From NCBI GenBank assembly GCA_965215505.1, contig OZ244065.1:3584001-3648000 (forward strand): a stretch of DNA of 64,000 nt, written 5' to 3'. This stretch comes from Capsulimonadaceae bacterium (GTDB lineage Bacteria > Armatimonadota > Armatimonadia > Armatimonadales > Capsulimonadaceae). Positions 9,783-20,700 of this stretch are shown here, one piece after another. Each line of letters starts with the position of its first letter. Positions within the stretch are counted from its first letter, which is position 1. Made by a program: the position numbers and the translations under genes. Under the pieces are notes generated by a model. It was not told the DNA's origin, ran no database searches, and saw only the letters and a list, made by a program, of their open reading frames with translations.

Positions 9783-10046
9783 TCAACCCATGCGCTTTGC
9801 TCGCGTGAGTAGGAACCCCTCGACGGCTTTCCCTTTCCGGCGCTGCGCTTCCTTCCAGACGGCGCGGGCGTTGCGGTAGCGGGCTTCCAGCTCGTCCAGC
9901 GTCGCCGGCAGCACAGGCGGCAGGGGAAACGCGCCGACCCCGGCGGGATCAGCCGCTTCATTCTGATCCTCGGAACGCGGCCAGATCGCCTCCAGGAGCA
10001 GGGACAGCTCCGCGCGGACTTGGCGCAGCGCCAGAGCGGCATTCAT
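9783..10046 (-). CDS. hypothetical protein (start uncertain)
   Basis: plausible short helical ORF MNAALALRQVRAEL...; no recognisable motif. Confidence 0.3.
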   Translation of the reverse strand: MNAALALRQVRAELSLLLEAIWPRSEDQNEAADPAGVGAFPLPPVLPATLDELEARYRNARAVWKEAQRRKGKAVEGFLLTRAKRMG

Positions 10047-10311
10047 CTCCCGCTCGGTCGCCTGTAGAAGACGGCCTGCCGCCTGACTGCACCGCTCTGC
10101 ACTGTACTTCCCTGCCATGCCGCCCGCGAATATGCTTGCAGCCGGCCTGTCCCTCTTTTCGGCCAAAGAGCCGTTCTCACCCGGAGCGCCTCCCCAAAGC
10201 AGTCCGGGGTTCATTCGCAAGGCCATAGATCTCCTCTTCCATGTGTCCGGGGGCGGGGACGACTTCATCCGTCCTCTGGGAACTCCCGGCAGTGCCGGAA
10301 ACTCAGCACGG

Positions 10312-12030
10312 CTAGTGTCCAGGCCGGATGCGGACCGCCGGTGCCGACCGAGTTCTGCGGTGGACCAGCAGCAGGGCCACGGGGACGGAGACGGCGGAGA
10401 CGGCCGCCAGCAGCAGGAAAGCGTCGTCATAAGCCAGCGTCGCGGCCTGCCGCTGCACCAGACGGTCGAGGACGGCGACCGCGGCGGCATGCGCGCCCGC
10501 CGGGCTGAGGCCGGCGGCCAGGAAGCGGGCCGCGGTCCCGGACACGCGGGCGTCCAGGATCGGGTTGCCGGCGTACAGGTGCAGGACCAGGGCCGCGCGG
10601 TGCCGGGCGGCCTGGCCGGTGACGTAGGTGTTGACGAGGGCGATGCCGAACGAGCCGCCGAGCTGCCGGAACAGGTTGGTCAGCCCCGCCCCCTGCGCGA
10701 TCTCCGCCCCGCGCAGCGGCGACAGCGCGGCCACCGTCACCGGGGTCAGCAACAGCCCCAGGCCCGCCCCCCGCAGGATCAGGCCCGCCTGCACGTCGCC
10801 CGCCCCGCTCTGCGGAGTCAGGTGCCCGAGCAGCGACTGCGAGAGCGCGAACAGGCCGAACCCCGCCGCGATCAGGGCCGGCGGCTTCACCAGCGGGCGG
10901 GCGCCGTTGAGCAGCAGCCCGCACGCCACCGTGCCGAGGATGGTGGCGACGCCGGCCGGCAGGAACAGCAGCCCGGTCTCGGTCGGCGAGAAGCCCAGGA
11001 CGCCCTGGACGAACAGCGGCAGGATGAAGACGCCCCCGTAGATGCCGACGCCGCTGACCATCAGCAGGAGCGACCCCACCGCCAGGTCGCGGTGTCTCAG
11101 GACGCGCAGGCTGACGACCGCCCGCGTGTTGGCGGGCGAGAGCTCCCAGGCGACGAAGGCCGCGAGCGTCCCGGCGGCGAGGACGGCCAGGCGGGTGATC
11201 GCGGGGTCGTCGAACCAGTCGTAGCGCTCCCCCTCCTCCAGGACGTATTGCAGCGACCCCAGCCCGACGGCCAGCAGCCCGATCCCCTGCCAGTCCAGCC
11301 CGCGCGGCTTCTCCCGGATCTGCGAGTCCGCCAGGAAGCGCCAGATCAGGGCGGCCGCGCCCAGCCCGAGGGGCGACTTCGCCAGGAAGATCCACTGCCA
11401 CGAGTAGTTGTCCGTGACCCAGCCGCCGAACGCCGGGCCGAGCGTCGGCCCTGCGACGACCACGACGATGAAGAGCGCCTGGATCAAGCCCTGCTGCTCC
11501 TTCGGGAAGACTTCGCTCAGGCTGGCCTGGGCCGTCGAGAGCAGGGCCGCCCCGCCCGCCCCCTGCACGATGCGCCAGAAGACCAGCGCACCGAGGGTGC
11601 CGGACAGGCCGCACAGGATCGAGGCGAACGTGAACAGCAGGATGGAGGCGGTGAGATAGCGCCGCCGGCCGAAGACCGATGCCAGCCAGGCGGTCATGGG
11701 CAGGATGACGACATTGGAAAGGATGTATCCCGTGGAGATCCAGGCGACCTCGTCCGAAGTCGCGCCGAGGTTCCCCTGGATCTGGCGCAGGGCGACGTTG
11801 ACGCTGGTGGTGTCGAGCAGTTCCAGGAAGGCGCCCGTCAGGACGGCCACCAGGATGATCCACCGGTGCGGGTTCAAGCCCCCCGTGGCAGGCGGCGCAG
11901 GCGGAAGGGGCCGGGCCGGCGCCGACCGGACGCGCTGCGGGCGTTCGACGCCCCGGCGTTCCCGCGCGTGATCGGCGGGCGAGGTGGTTGTTGAGGGCAC
12001 AAGCGTGGCCTTGTCCGGGCGGACTAGCAT
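10312..12030 (-). CDS. DHA2 (EmrB/QacA) MFS efflux transporter
   Basis: LDTTSVNVAL, WISTGY, FGRRR, GPAFGG and RQLGGSFG motifs; about 14 TM segments. Confidence 0.9.
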   Translation of the reverse strand: MLVRPDKATLVPSTTTSPADHARERRGVERPQRVRSAPARPLPPAPPATGGLNPHRWIILVAVLTGAFLELLDTTSVNVALRQIQGNLGATSDEVAWISTGYILSNVVILPMTAWLASVFGRRRYLTASILLFTFASILCGLSGTLGALVFWRIVQGAGGAALLSTAQASLSEVFPKEQQGLIQALFIVVVVAGPTLGPAFGGWVTDNYSWQWIFLAKSPLGLGAAALIWRFLADSQIREKPRGLDWQGIGLLAVGLGSLQYVLEEGERYDWFDDPAITRLAVLAAGTLAAFVAWELSPANTRAVVSLRVLRHRDLAVGSLLLMVSGVGIYGGVFILPLFVQGVLGFSPTETGLLFLPAGVATILGTVACGLLLNGARPLVKPPALIAAGFGLFALSQSLLGHLTPQSGAGDVQAGLILRGAGLGLLLTPVTVAALSPLRGAEIAQGAGLTNLFRQLGGSFGIALVNTYVTGQAARHRAALVLHLYAGNPILDARVSGTAARFLAAGLSPAGAHAAAVAVLDRLVQRQAATLAYDDAFLLLAAVSAVSVPVALLLVHRRTRSAPAVRIRPGH

Positions 12031-12344
12031 GATCGTTCCCCCATCGGTGCCGCGCTGCGGTCCGCGTGCGCGGAGACATCCGCGCGGGCGAGAACGCGGG
12101 CGCTGAAGGCGGCGTGCAGGTTCCCGAAGAGCCAGGCGAGCGTGCTGCGCGACCGCAGAGACTCGGGGGTGCGCCGCCGCCGGAACTGATCGTAAGACCG
12201 CGAGGCGCGGACGTAGGCCGCCACGACCAGGTCGGCGGCGGCCTCCGGGCTGCCCGTCAGGCAGAAGGCGTCCGAGTAGACCGCGTCCACGAAGGGAAAG
12301 GTTTCTGCGCGGAAGGCCGCGCCCGAGGTGTTCTTTGGTTCCAT
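12024..12344 (-). CDS. truncated ECF sigma factor-like protein (region 2 only)
   Basis: FVDAVYSDAFCLTGSPEAAADLV...YVRA...AWLF resembles sigma region 2; no region 4. Confidence 0.55.
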   Translation of the reverse strand: MEPKNTSGAAFRAETFPFVDAVYSDAFCLTGSPEAAADLVVAAYVRASRSYDQFRRRRTPESLRSRSTLAWLFGNLHAAFSARVLARADVSAHADRSAAPMGERSC

Positions 12345-12418
12345 GGGCCGCCTGCCTTCTGCCGCTGCGGGCCAGCCTCCCCCCATAAATGGAGGGAAAG
12401 GCCGGCCCTGGACACCGA

Positions 12419-13228
12419 TCACCTGGCTGCCGCCGCTTCCTGGACCGGAGCCGTTGCCGCTTCTTCGATCAGCCGGGCGATCTGCTGGGGGTGGGAGATG
12501 AAGGCCACATGGCTGGCCTTGATCTCGCTCGTGTGTGCGCCCATGCGCTTGGCGTAGAAGCGCTCCAGGTCCGGATTGATGGCCTGATCCTCCTGGGACA
12601 CCAAGTACCAGGATGGGACCGTCTTCCAGGCCGGGACGGGCACGGACTGGCCGAAGACCGCGCCGGCGAGCGGCTTCTGGGTGACCGCCATGATGTTCGC
12701 CTCGGCCGCCGGCACGTCGGCGCAGAAGACGGCGTGGAACTTGGCCCGGTCAATGTACAGGAAGCCGGCCGCGTCCGGCGCGACCGCTTTGGCGAGCGGG
12801 ATTTTGTCGTTGAACGCGCCGACCGGCTCCCCGGCTTCCGGGGCGAAGGCGGCCAGGTAGACCAGCGCCTTGACGTTCGGCTGGCCCGCCGCGCCCGTGA
12901 TGACCGCGCCGCCGTAGGAGTGGCCGACGACGACCACGGGGCCTTTCTGGGCGTCAATGACGCGCTTGGTGGTGATGACGTCGGCGTCCAGGGAGACGAG
13001 CGAGTTCTGCACGGCGATGACCGTGTAGCCGTCCTTCTCCAGCAGGGGGATGACGTGCTGCCAGCCCGTGCCGTCGGCGAACGCGCCGTGGACCAGCACG
13101 ATCACGGGCTTGGCGGCCGGGGCGGCAGTCGGCGTCAGGTCGGCGGCGCGGGCGGCCCCGAGGGAGCCGGTCACCGCCGCGAGGGAGAGGGCGACGAGAG
13201 AGAGTCGGTTTGTGCTGCTGAGTGTCAT
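12419..13228 (-). CDS. secreted alpha/beta hydrolase
   Basis: VLVHGAFADG, GHSYGG and ASH motifs; signal peptide. Confidence 0.88.
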   Translation of the reverse strand: MTLSSTNRLSLVALSLAAVTGSLGAARAADLTPTAAPAAKPVIVLVHGAFADGTGWQHVIPLLEKDGYTVIAVQNSLVSLDADVITTKRVIDAQKGPVVVVGHSYGGAVITGAAGQPNVKALVYLAAFAPEAGEPVGAFNDKIPLAKAVAPDAAGFLYIDRAKFHAVFCADVPAAEANIMAVTQKPLAGAVFGQSVPVPAWKTVPSWYLVSQEDQAINPDLERFYAKRMGAHTSEIKASHVAFISHPQQIARLIEEAATAPVQEAAAAR

Positions 13229-13307
13229 GGTCGTTTTTCCTTCTGTCTTTCTCCGAGTCTGTTGCCTGCGATTCAAATCCTGTAGGGGGCGCTGCTTGCT
13301 GCGCCCT

Positions 13308-13673
13308 CTAGTCTTGCTGCGCCCTCCAGTCTTGCTGCGGCTTCTTCCCTGCGGGGAACACGTCGCCGAACATCGGGATTCCGCTTCGGGACCGTTCCCG
13401 CGTCACCTCGTCCCGGATGACGTCCCAGTGATCGGCGAAGACGCCGTCCTTCAGGCGGATGATGTCCACCGCGACCCAATCCGCCGGCAGTCCGAGGCTG
13501 GAGTATCGGCCATGCATCATCACGAAGTCGCCCTCTGCGGCGATCAGGCCCGGCTCGTATTTCGCTGCGGGCGGGAGCGCCCGGACCAGGGCGAACAGGC
13601 CCTCCCGACCCGACGGGATGCTGGCGCTGTGCTGGGCGAGCGCCTTGTTGCGTTCCTGAGTGCTGATTTGCAT
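13308..13673 (-). pseudogene. SnoaL/NTF2-like protein with probable internal deletion
   Basis: QHSASIPSGREGL, IAAEGDFV, HWDV and SGIPMFG; the helix expected between NKAL and QHS is absent. Confidence 0.55.
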
Positions 13674-13688
13674 GTGTCCGGTCTCCTT

Positions 13689-14825
13689 TTATTTCTCGTT
13701 GTAGAATGGGTAGTCGGTGTAGCCGTGCGCGCCGCCCCCGTAGAAGGTCGCACGATCGGGCGCGTTAAGCGGTGCGCTCTTTCGGATGCGCTCGGGGAGG
13801 TCGGGGTTGGCGAGGAACAGCCGCCCGAAGGCGACGCCATCGGCCTCCCCCGATTTGACTGTCGCCGCCGCGCTTTCCGGCGTGTAGGCCGCCGCCGAGA
13901 TCAGCGGCCCGTCGAATAGGGGGCGGAACAGGGCGGCGTTGTTCACCGCCCGCGCGTGGAGGTCGTCGCTCAGGCCGATCTCGGAGCCGAGGGCTTCGAT
14001 CAGGTGCAGATACGCGATCCGGCGCTCACTTAGCCGGGCGATGACGTAGGAGAAAAGGCCGACGGGGTCACCGTCGGAGATGCCCCCGAACTGCCCGTGC
14101 GGCGACAGGCGCACCCCGAGCCGGTCCATGCCGATGGCCCCGCCGACCGCCTCCACCACTTCCAGGAGCAGCCGCGCCCGGTTCTCAATGCCGCCGCCGT
14201 AGCCGTCCGTGCGCTTGTTCGTCCCGTCCTCCAAGAACTGCTCCAGCAGGTGGCCGTTGGCCCCCTGGACGCAGGCCCCGTCGAACCCGGCCTCCATCGC
14301 ATTCACAGCCGCCCGGCGAAAGGAATCAACGATGCCGGGAAGCTCGGACGTTTCCAGGGCGCGCGGCGTCTCATAAGCGACCGCCTCAAAGGCGGGCGTG
14401 TGGGCCTGCCCGGTCGGCGGGATCGCGGACGGGGCGACGGGCAGTTCGCCGTCCGGCATGTACGAAGAGTGCGAGTTGCGGCCGTTGTGGGCGATCTGCA
14501 TGACGATCCGCCCGCCCCGCGCATGCACCCCGTCCGTGACGGCCCGCCAGCCTGCGACCTGGGCGGGCGTGAACGCGCCGGGGACATCGGGGTAGCCCTG
14601 CCCCTGCCGGCTGACCGTCGTGTCTTCCGTGAAGAGCAGCGCCGCCGAGGCGCGCTGGGCGTAGTATTCGGCGTTCAAGGCCGTGGGTATCCCGCCCGGC
14701 CCCGCCCGCATCCGGGTGAGCGGGGCCATGAGGACGCGGTGCGGGAGTTCGAGCGCCCCGAGCCGTAGGGGCGTGAAAAGCGTATCCGAGAGCGTGTCGG
14801 CAAGCAAAGTGTCCCTCCAGTCCAT
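13689..14825 (-). CDS. alkene reductase (Old Yellow Enzyme, NemA-like)
   Basis: MAPLTRMRA, YYAQRASA, NKRTDGYGG, FGRLFLANPDL and GYTDYP motifs. Confidence 0.9.
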   Translation of the reverse strand: MDWRDTLLADTLSDTLFTPLRLGALELPHRVLMAPLTRMRAGPGGIPTALNAEYYAQRASAALLFTEDTTVSRQGQGYPDVPGAFTPAQVAGWRAVTDGVHARGGRIVMQIAHNGRNSHSSYMPDGELPVAPSAIPPTGQAHTPAFEAVAYETPRALETSELPGIVDSFRRAAVNAMEAGFDGACVQGANGHLLEQFLEDGTNKRTDGYGGGIENRARLLLEVVEAVGGAIGMDRLGVRLSPHGQFGGISDGDPVGLFSYVIARLSERRIAYLHLIEALGSEIGLSDDLHARAVNNAALFRPLFDGPLISAAAYTPESAAATVKSGEADGVAFGRLFLANPDLPERIRKSAPLNAPDRATFYGGGAHGYTDYPFYNEK

Positions 14826-14827
14826 CG

Positions 14828-14892
14828 CAGTCGGGCCTCAACAGTGGGCCTAACAGTGGGCCTCAGCAGTGGGCCTCAGCAGTGGGCCTCAG
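14828..14892. repeat. short tandem repeat CAGTGGGCCT(C)A(G/A) x5
   Basis: 12-14 bp units read directly, intergenic. Confidence 0.85.
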
Positions 14893-15605
14893 CGGAAAGT
14901 GATCTCGCCCATGTCTATGGCGACCAGCACCGGATCCGGCACCTTGACGTAATCGTCCTCGTAGGCGTAGATCCGCCGCCGGGTCGGGACGATGATGCCC
15001 TGCACGTCGCGGTACTCCGAGGCGTAGTTGAGGCCGGTCGCGCCGCCGAGGATGTCCACGGTGTAGTCGTGCCGGCGCAGCAGGCCGTCGGGGCCGAAGC
15101 AGGAGAACTGTTCACGGGTGTGGCTCTTCACCCAGTCCGGGAAGGTGACCTTCAGACGCCGCCACGTCTCACCGTCGGCCCGGATCGGGGCGATCTCCTC
15201 GGTCTGGAACCCCACCTGGGTGTAGAGGAAAGGGGTGTTGAGGTACGTCCACAGCGCCTCGCCCTGGAAGTAGGCGACGTGGATGTCGTCCCAGGGAGTC
15301 TCCCTCTGCTGCCACTCGAAGGACTTCTCCGGGTCGTCGCGGGCCTCAATCAGTGTCCCGTCCGCCCGCTCCATCACGACGCGGTCCGGCTGGAAGATCG
15401 AGCGCTTGTCCAAGCCGGGGAAGTCCGTGACCAGGCGCTCGGCCTTCGTGTCTACGGTCATGACCACGTCTTTAAGGACATCGGGCTTGCCCTTGACGTG
15501 CCAGATCGCCCCGGTGATCGCCGCCTCCACCCGCACCGTCGTCAGCTCGTTCCAGCGGTCCAGTCCGCCGTGCGCGTTGACCGCCGTTTTCAATAAGTCG
15601 TTCAT
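14889..15605 (-). CDS. conserved hypothetical protein
   Basis: AHGGLDRW...ALWTYLNTPF...RRHDY; typical codon usage; lies in an operon. Confidence 0.75.
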   Translation of the reverse strand: MNDLLKTAVNAHGGLDRWNELTTVRVEAAITGAIWHVKGKPDVLKDVVMTVDTKAERLVTDFPGLDKRSIFQPDRVVMERADGTLIEARDDPEKSFEWQQRETPWDDIHVAYFQGEALWTYLNTPFLYTQVGFQTEEIAPIRADGETWRRLKVTFPDWVKSHTREQFSCFGPDGLLRRHDYTVDILGGATGLNYASEYRDVQGIIVPTRRRIYAYEDDYVKVPDPVLVAIDMGEITFR

Positions 15606-15615
15606 GATCTTTCCT

Positions 15616-16488
15616 TCACTTGGTCGCGGAAAAGTCCGTGCCGTCGGTCACGGGCTGCCAGTCCGCGATCTCCTGCTCGATCCCGTCCGTCTTCCGGCGG
15701 TACTGGGCGACGCTGTCCGGCCCCAGCGGCAGGTGGACCGGCGGGCGGTCCGAGGCCGCCAGCCGGAGCAGCGCCTGCGCCAGCTTGGCGGGGTCCCCCG
15801 GCTGCGCGCCATGGAAGCCGCCGGCGCGCGCCCTCATCCGGCCGACGGTGTCCGCGTAGTCCGGGAGGGAGCCGGCCGCAGCGGCGAACGAGTCTGCGCC
15901 CAGGAAGTTGGTGCGGAACAGGCCCGGCTCGACGGCGGTGGCGAACAGCCCCAGCGGGGCGATCTCGGCGGCCAGGGCCTCGGTGATGCCCTCGACGGCG
16001 AACTTAGTCGAGGAGTAAATGCCCCACCCGACCTGACTGCCCAGGCCGTACATGGACGAGACGTTGATCACACGGCCCGCATGCCGGGAGCGCATGGGCG
16101 GCAGGACGGCGCGGGTGACGTTGAGCAGCCCGAAGACGTTGGTGTCGTACTGCCGCCGGACTTCGGCGTCCGACGCCTCCTCGACCCCGCCGAGCAGGCC
16201 GTAGCCGGCGTTGTTGACCAGGACATCAATGCGCCCGAACCGGGCGAGGGCCTGGGCCACGGCGGCTTTGACCTGCGCCTCGTCGGTGACATCCATGACG
16301 GCGACGAAGAGGCAGGGGTCGTTTTGAAGGGCCGCCCGCAGCGCCTCGGGCCGGCTGCGGACGGTGGCGACGACCTGATGGCCCGTCGCAAGGGCGGCTT
16401 TGGCGATCTCGAAGCCGAGGCCTTTGGCGGCCCCGGTCACGAGCCAGACTTGCTGGTCTTTCGTTTGCTTCTCCGTGTTCATTTGCAT
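15616..16488 (-). CDS. short-chain dehydrogenase/reductase
   Basis: TGAAKGLG, NNAG and YSSTK motifs. Confidence 0.9.
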   Translation of the reverse strand: MQMNTEKQTKDQQVWLVTGAAKGLGFEIAKAALATGHQVVATVRSRPEALRAALQNDPCLFVAVMDVTDEAQVKAAVAQALARFGRIDVLVNNAGYGLLGGVEEASDAEVRRQYDTNVFGLLNVTRAVLPPMRSRHAGRVINVSSMYGLGSQVGWGIYSSTKFAVEGITEALAAEIAPLGLFATAVEPGLFRTNFLGADSFAAAAGSLPDYADTVGRMRARAGGFHGAQPGDPAKLAQALLRLAASDRPPVHLPLGPDSVAQYRRKTDGIEQEIADWQPVTDGTDFSATK

Positions 16489-16519
16489 CTCCGTTCTCCT
16501 TTTCTTGAAGTCGTGCTTA

Positions 16520-16728
16520 TCATCCCAGGCCGGCATTCTCCGCAGCGTCCTCTAGACAGAAGGAAAGCGGAAAGCCTCCGCCCACGCGCCGTGGACGAGG
16601 ACGATGACCGGCCTGATGGAGTGGCCCGGTGTGTTGGCCGGGGCATCGGCGAGGGCGACCGCGCCTGCGGCGAGCGGGCCGACGGCGGCGAGAATGCCGA
16701 TTTTGGTCGTGAGCGTGCTGAGTTTCAT
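16520..16728 (-). pseudogene. remnant of an alpha/beta hydrolase paralog
   Basis: MKLSTLTTKIGILAAVG...PVIVLVHGAWAE ends at TAG 16552; a C-terminus-like LEDAAENAGLG* follows in another frame. Confidence 0.65.
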
Positions 16729-16841
16729 GGTGTGTTCCTTTTCTCCTGCGTACCGAGGGGACGGCGGAGCCGGTGCTCTGCGTTCGCTCCTGCCGCGCCT
16801 CTGAGGAGCCGACGAGGACGCGAAGGCCTTCCCTCACGCCG

Positions 16842-17597
16842 TTACATGGTCGCTCCGCCGCCGGCGATGATCCGCTGGCCGTTGACCCAGTAGGCGTCGT
16901 CCGAGGCGAGGAAGGCGGCGATGCGGGCGATGTCCTCGGGCCGACCGATGCGGCCCAGCGGGGTGATCTTGAGCGTAGCGTCATAGAACGCGCCCTCCAG
17001 GACACCCTGGGACCGCGTCCCTTCCGTCTCGACCATGCCGGGGTTGAGGCCGTTGACGCGGATATGGCGCGCGCCCAGCTCTTTGGAGAGCGAAACCGTG
17101 ATCGAGTCCACCGCGCCTTTGGTGGCGGCGTAGATCGAGCCGTAGGCGGGCGGCATGGAGCCGACGATGGAGCCGATGTTGATGATCGAGCCGCCGTCCG
17201 GGCCGAAGAGCGGCAGGGCGGCCTGGGTGGAGAGCAGGAGGCCCAGGACATTCAGGTTGAACTGGCGGTGGAACTCAGCGGGCGTGACTTCCTCGATCGG
17301 GCCGAAGTCATAGACCCCGGCATTGTTGACGAGGATGTCGAGCTTCCTGTGCTGCTGCTTGACTGCGGCGAAGACACGGGTGATGTCTTCCGGCTTCGAG
17401 AAGTCGCCCTGAACGGCGGTGGCCGTGCCGCCGGCGGCGCAGATCTCGCTGACGACCTTGTCCGCGCCAGCTTGACTGGTGGCGTAGTTGACGACTACCG
17501 AAGCGCCGGCGTCGGCCAAATGCTTGGCGATGGACGCCCCGATGCCTTTGGAGGCTCCGGTGACGAGTGCGACCTTGTTTGTGAGCGTGTTCATCAT
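16842..17597 (-). CDS. SDR oxidoreductase (glucose 1-dehydrogenase-like)
   Basis: TGASKGIG, NNAG, YAATK and PLGRIGRPEDIA motifs. Confidence 0.9.
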   Translation of the reverse strand: MMNTLTNKVALVTGASKGIGASIAKHLADAGASVVVNYATSQAGADKVVSEICAAGGTATAVQGDFSKPEDITRVFAAVKQQHRKLDILVNNAGVYDFGPIEEVTPAEFHRQFNLNVLGLLLSTQAALPLFGPDGGSIINIGSIVGSMPPAYGSIYAATKGAVDSITVSLSKELGARHIRVNGLNPGMVETEGTRSQGVLEGAFYDATLKITPLGRIGRPEDIARIAAFLASDDAYWVNGQRIIAGGGATM

Positions 17598-17791
17598 GAT
17601 CCGTCTCCTTCTTCCGTCGAGTGCCTTTTGTTCGGCCTGGGATGATTATCCCTGGCCTCCATTCCCGCAGCATTCTAATCGCAGGAGGAAAAGCGTTCCC
17701 GGCCCCGGAACTCTTTCTTGGGATACACATTCAAGTATCAGCAGAGCATCAAAGGAGCATCAAAGCTGCCCCATATCGAAAGGGAACCGCC

Positions 17792-20700
17792 ATGGCTATG
17801 ACCGCTGCGAAGGTCCCGCCAGACACTCCGCCGGATACAGTGCCGGTGGCCGCTGCACCGTTCACGATCACCCTGTTCGGGCCGATGCGTGTTCTCGTGG
17901 AAGGCAGGCCGCTGCCCCACATGCACTCGCGCAAGGCGCTCTGGCTGCTCGCGCTCCTGACGCTGCGCCATGGCCGGCCCGTGGAGCGGGAGTGGCTGGC
18001 CGGCACGCTCTGGCCCGACGCCGACCCGGTGCAGGCATTCGCCAGCCTGCGTCCGGTGTTGAGCGCGCTGCGCCAGGCCATGGGAAGTCAGGGGGGGCGG
18101 CTGCAATCCCCGAACCGCCATACCCTCTGCCTGGACCTAGTGGGGGCTGAGGTGGACGTTCTGGCGTTTGATCGCGCGGTCGCGAGTCAAAAGCCTGTGG
18201 CGACGGAGCAGGCGGTGGCGCTGTATCTCGGGCCGTTGCTCGAGGGGTGTGCCGAGGAGTGGGTGGCCCAGGAACGTGCCGCCCGCGAGCAGGATTTCCT
18301 CCAAGCGCTCCAGGCCCTGGCGGAGACCGCCCTCCGGGCGGGAGATCCGGGGGGGGCGGCCGGCCACCACCGGCGGGCGATCACCCTGGACCCCTGGCGG
18401 GAGGCCGCGCAGCGGGGGCTGATGGAGGCGCTCTCCCAAGGCGGGGAGGGCAATGCGGCCCTGGACGTCTATCAGGCCTTCGTGCGCCTCCTGCACAGAG
18501 ACGACCCGAGGGCGGCTCCCGACGAAGCGACGACCGCGCTCTACGCCCGCCTGCGCGCCGAAGCGCGGCGGCGGGCCGCCGCCCCGGTTGTGATCGCCCT
18601 CGAGGACGCAGCCGTCCCTACGGTGACCGGGTATCTTCCCCATCCACTCACGGGTCTGGTCGGACGCGAGGACGAGCGCGAGGAGGTCGTCGAGCGGCTG
18701 CGCCGGTCGCGGCTGGTGACTCTGACCGGGCCAGGCGGCATCGGTAAGACGCGGCTCGCCCTGGCAGTGGCTGAAGGGGCGGCCTCGGGCTTCGCCGACG
18801 GGGTCTGGCTCGTGGCTCTGGACGCTCTTTCCGAGGGCGCGCAGGTGCCCGCCCAGATCGCTCGCGTTCTGGGAGTGAAGGAAGAAACGGGCCGGACGGT
18901 GCGGGACACCCTGACCGGCCACTTGCGCGCCCGGCGGCTCCTGCTGGTACTGGACAACTGCGAGCACCTGCTGGAAGCGAGCGCCGGGATGGCTGCCCAC
19001 TTGCTCCGGGAGTGTGCGGGGCTGCGCGTTCTGGCGACGAGCCGGGAGGCGCTGGGCATCACCGGGGAGGTGGCCTGGGCCTTGCCGCCCCTTACTGTCC
19101 CCGACCCCGCCCACCTGCCGACGGGCGGGGCCACCCTCCTCCGGGTGCTGGCCGGGTACGAGGGCGTGCGGCTCTTCGTGGAGCGGGCACAGGGCGTGCA
19201 GAAGCTGTTCGCCCTGACGCGGGAAAACGCGCTGCCGGTGGCCCAGGTGTGCGCCCGCCTGGAAGGCATCCCGCTGGCAATCGAGCTGGCCGCCACGCGC
19301 ATCAGGTCCCTGACCGTCGAGCAGATCGCGGCCCGGCTGGACGATCACCTGGCGCTGCTGACAGGCGGGAACCGGACCGCCCAATCCCGCCAGCAGACAT
19401 TGCGGGCGACGCTCGACTGGTCGTATGGACTCCTCAGCGTGCCGGAGCAGGCCCTGCTGGAGCGCGTGGCGGTCTTCTCCGGCGGCTGGACCTTAGGGGC
19501 GGCCGAGGCGGTCTGTTCCGGGGAGGGGATCAAGGCGCGCGAGGTGCTGGACCTGCTGACATCACTGGTGGACAAGTCCCTGGTCATCTTCAAGGATGGG
19601 TTCAAGGATGGGTTCAAGGACGGGACCGACGGCGGAAGGTATCGCCTGCTGGAGATGGTACGGCAGTACGCCGCCGGGCGGCTGGGGAAGGGCGGCGGGG
19701 CGGACCGGCTCCAGGCCCGGCACCGAGACTTCTTCCTAGCACTGGCGGAGGAGACCGAGCCGCACCTGTGGGAGGCCGACCAGTGGGCGTGGCTGCGGCA
19801 CCTGGAGGCCGAGCGCGATAACCTGCGGGCCGCCCTGGCCTGGTGTGAGGAGGCCGCGCCGGGGGCGGAGGATGAGGCCGGGTTGCGGCTAGCGGGCGCT
19901 CTGTGGCTGTTCTGGTCCACGCACGGCGACTTCAGCGAGGGGCGGGGGCATCTGCACCGGGCGCTGGCCCGGCCGGGCGCTCAGCGGGCGACCGCCGCGC
20001 GAAGCCGGGCCCTTAAATGGGCCGGCAAACTCGCTGACCGTCAAGGCGATTACGAGGCGGCGCGGGCGCTGCACGAACAGAGCCTGGACATCGCCCGGCG
20101 GCTGGGGGACAAGAAGTGGATCGCCAGCGCCCTCGGCGACCTGAACGATCTGGCCCATCGTCAAGGCGACGTGGCTGCGGCACGGGCGTTCTATCAAGAG
20201 TCGCGCGCGTTCTATGAGGAGCGCCTGGACCTTTACCGGGAGTCGGGGGACAAGAGGGGCATGGCACACGAGATGGCCCACCTCGGTCTCCTGGCGTACA
20301 ATCAAGGCGACTATGGCTCGGCGCGGGCATTCGATGAAGAGTGCCTAGGCCTTTATCGGGAGATGCGTGACGCCACAGGCATCGTCATAGCACTCAACAA
20401 CTTGGGCGAAATCGCCTATCATCAAGGCGACCACGCCTCGGCACGGGCGTTCTACGAGGAGTGCCTAAACTTCTACCAGGAGTTGGGAGCCAAGCAGGGC
20501 ATCGCCAGACAGGTCGGTAACCTCGGTTTCCTGGCCCATCATCAGGGCGACCACGGGGCGGCGCGGGCGCTCTACGAGCAGAGCCTGGACCTCTACCGGG
20601 AGCTAGGGGACAGGAAGAGCGTCGTCGGCACGCTGAACGCCCTGGCCCTCGTCGTGGGGGATCAAGGGGACTACGGCTTGGCACGGGCGTTCCAGGAGGA

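Noticed and set aside
10117-11994. Long antisense ORFs (also 15283-16893, 32408-34294, 38391-40097 and others)
   Set aside because: Arg/Gly/Pro-rich shadow frames overlapping well-supported genes.
5412-17600. Integrative element inserted at tRNA-Leu
   Set aside because: No integrase and no duplicated tRNA 3' end were seen, and the housekeeping gene lpdA follows closely.
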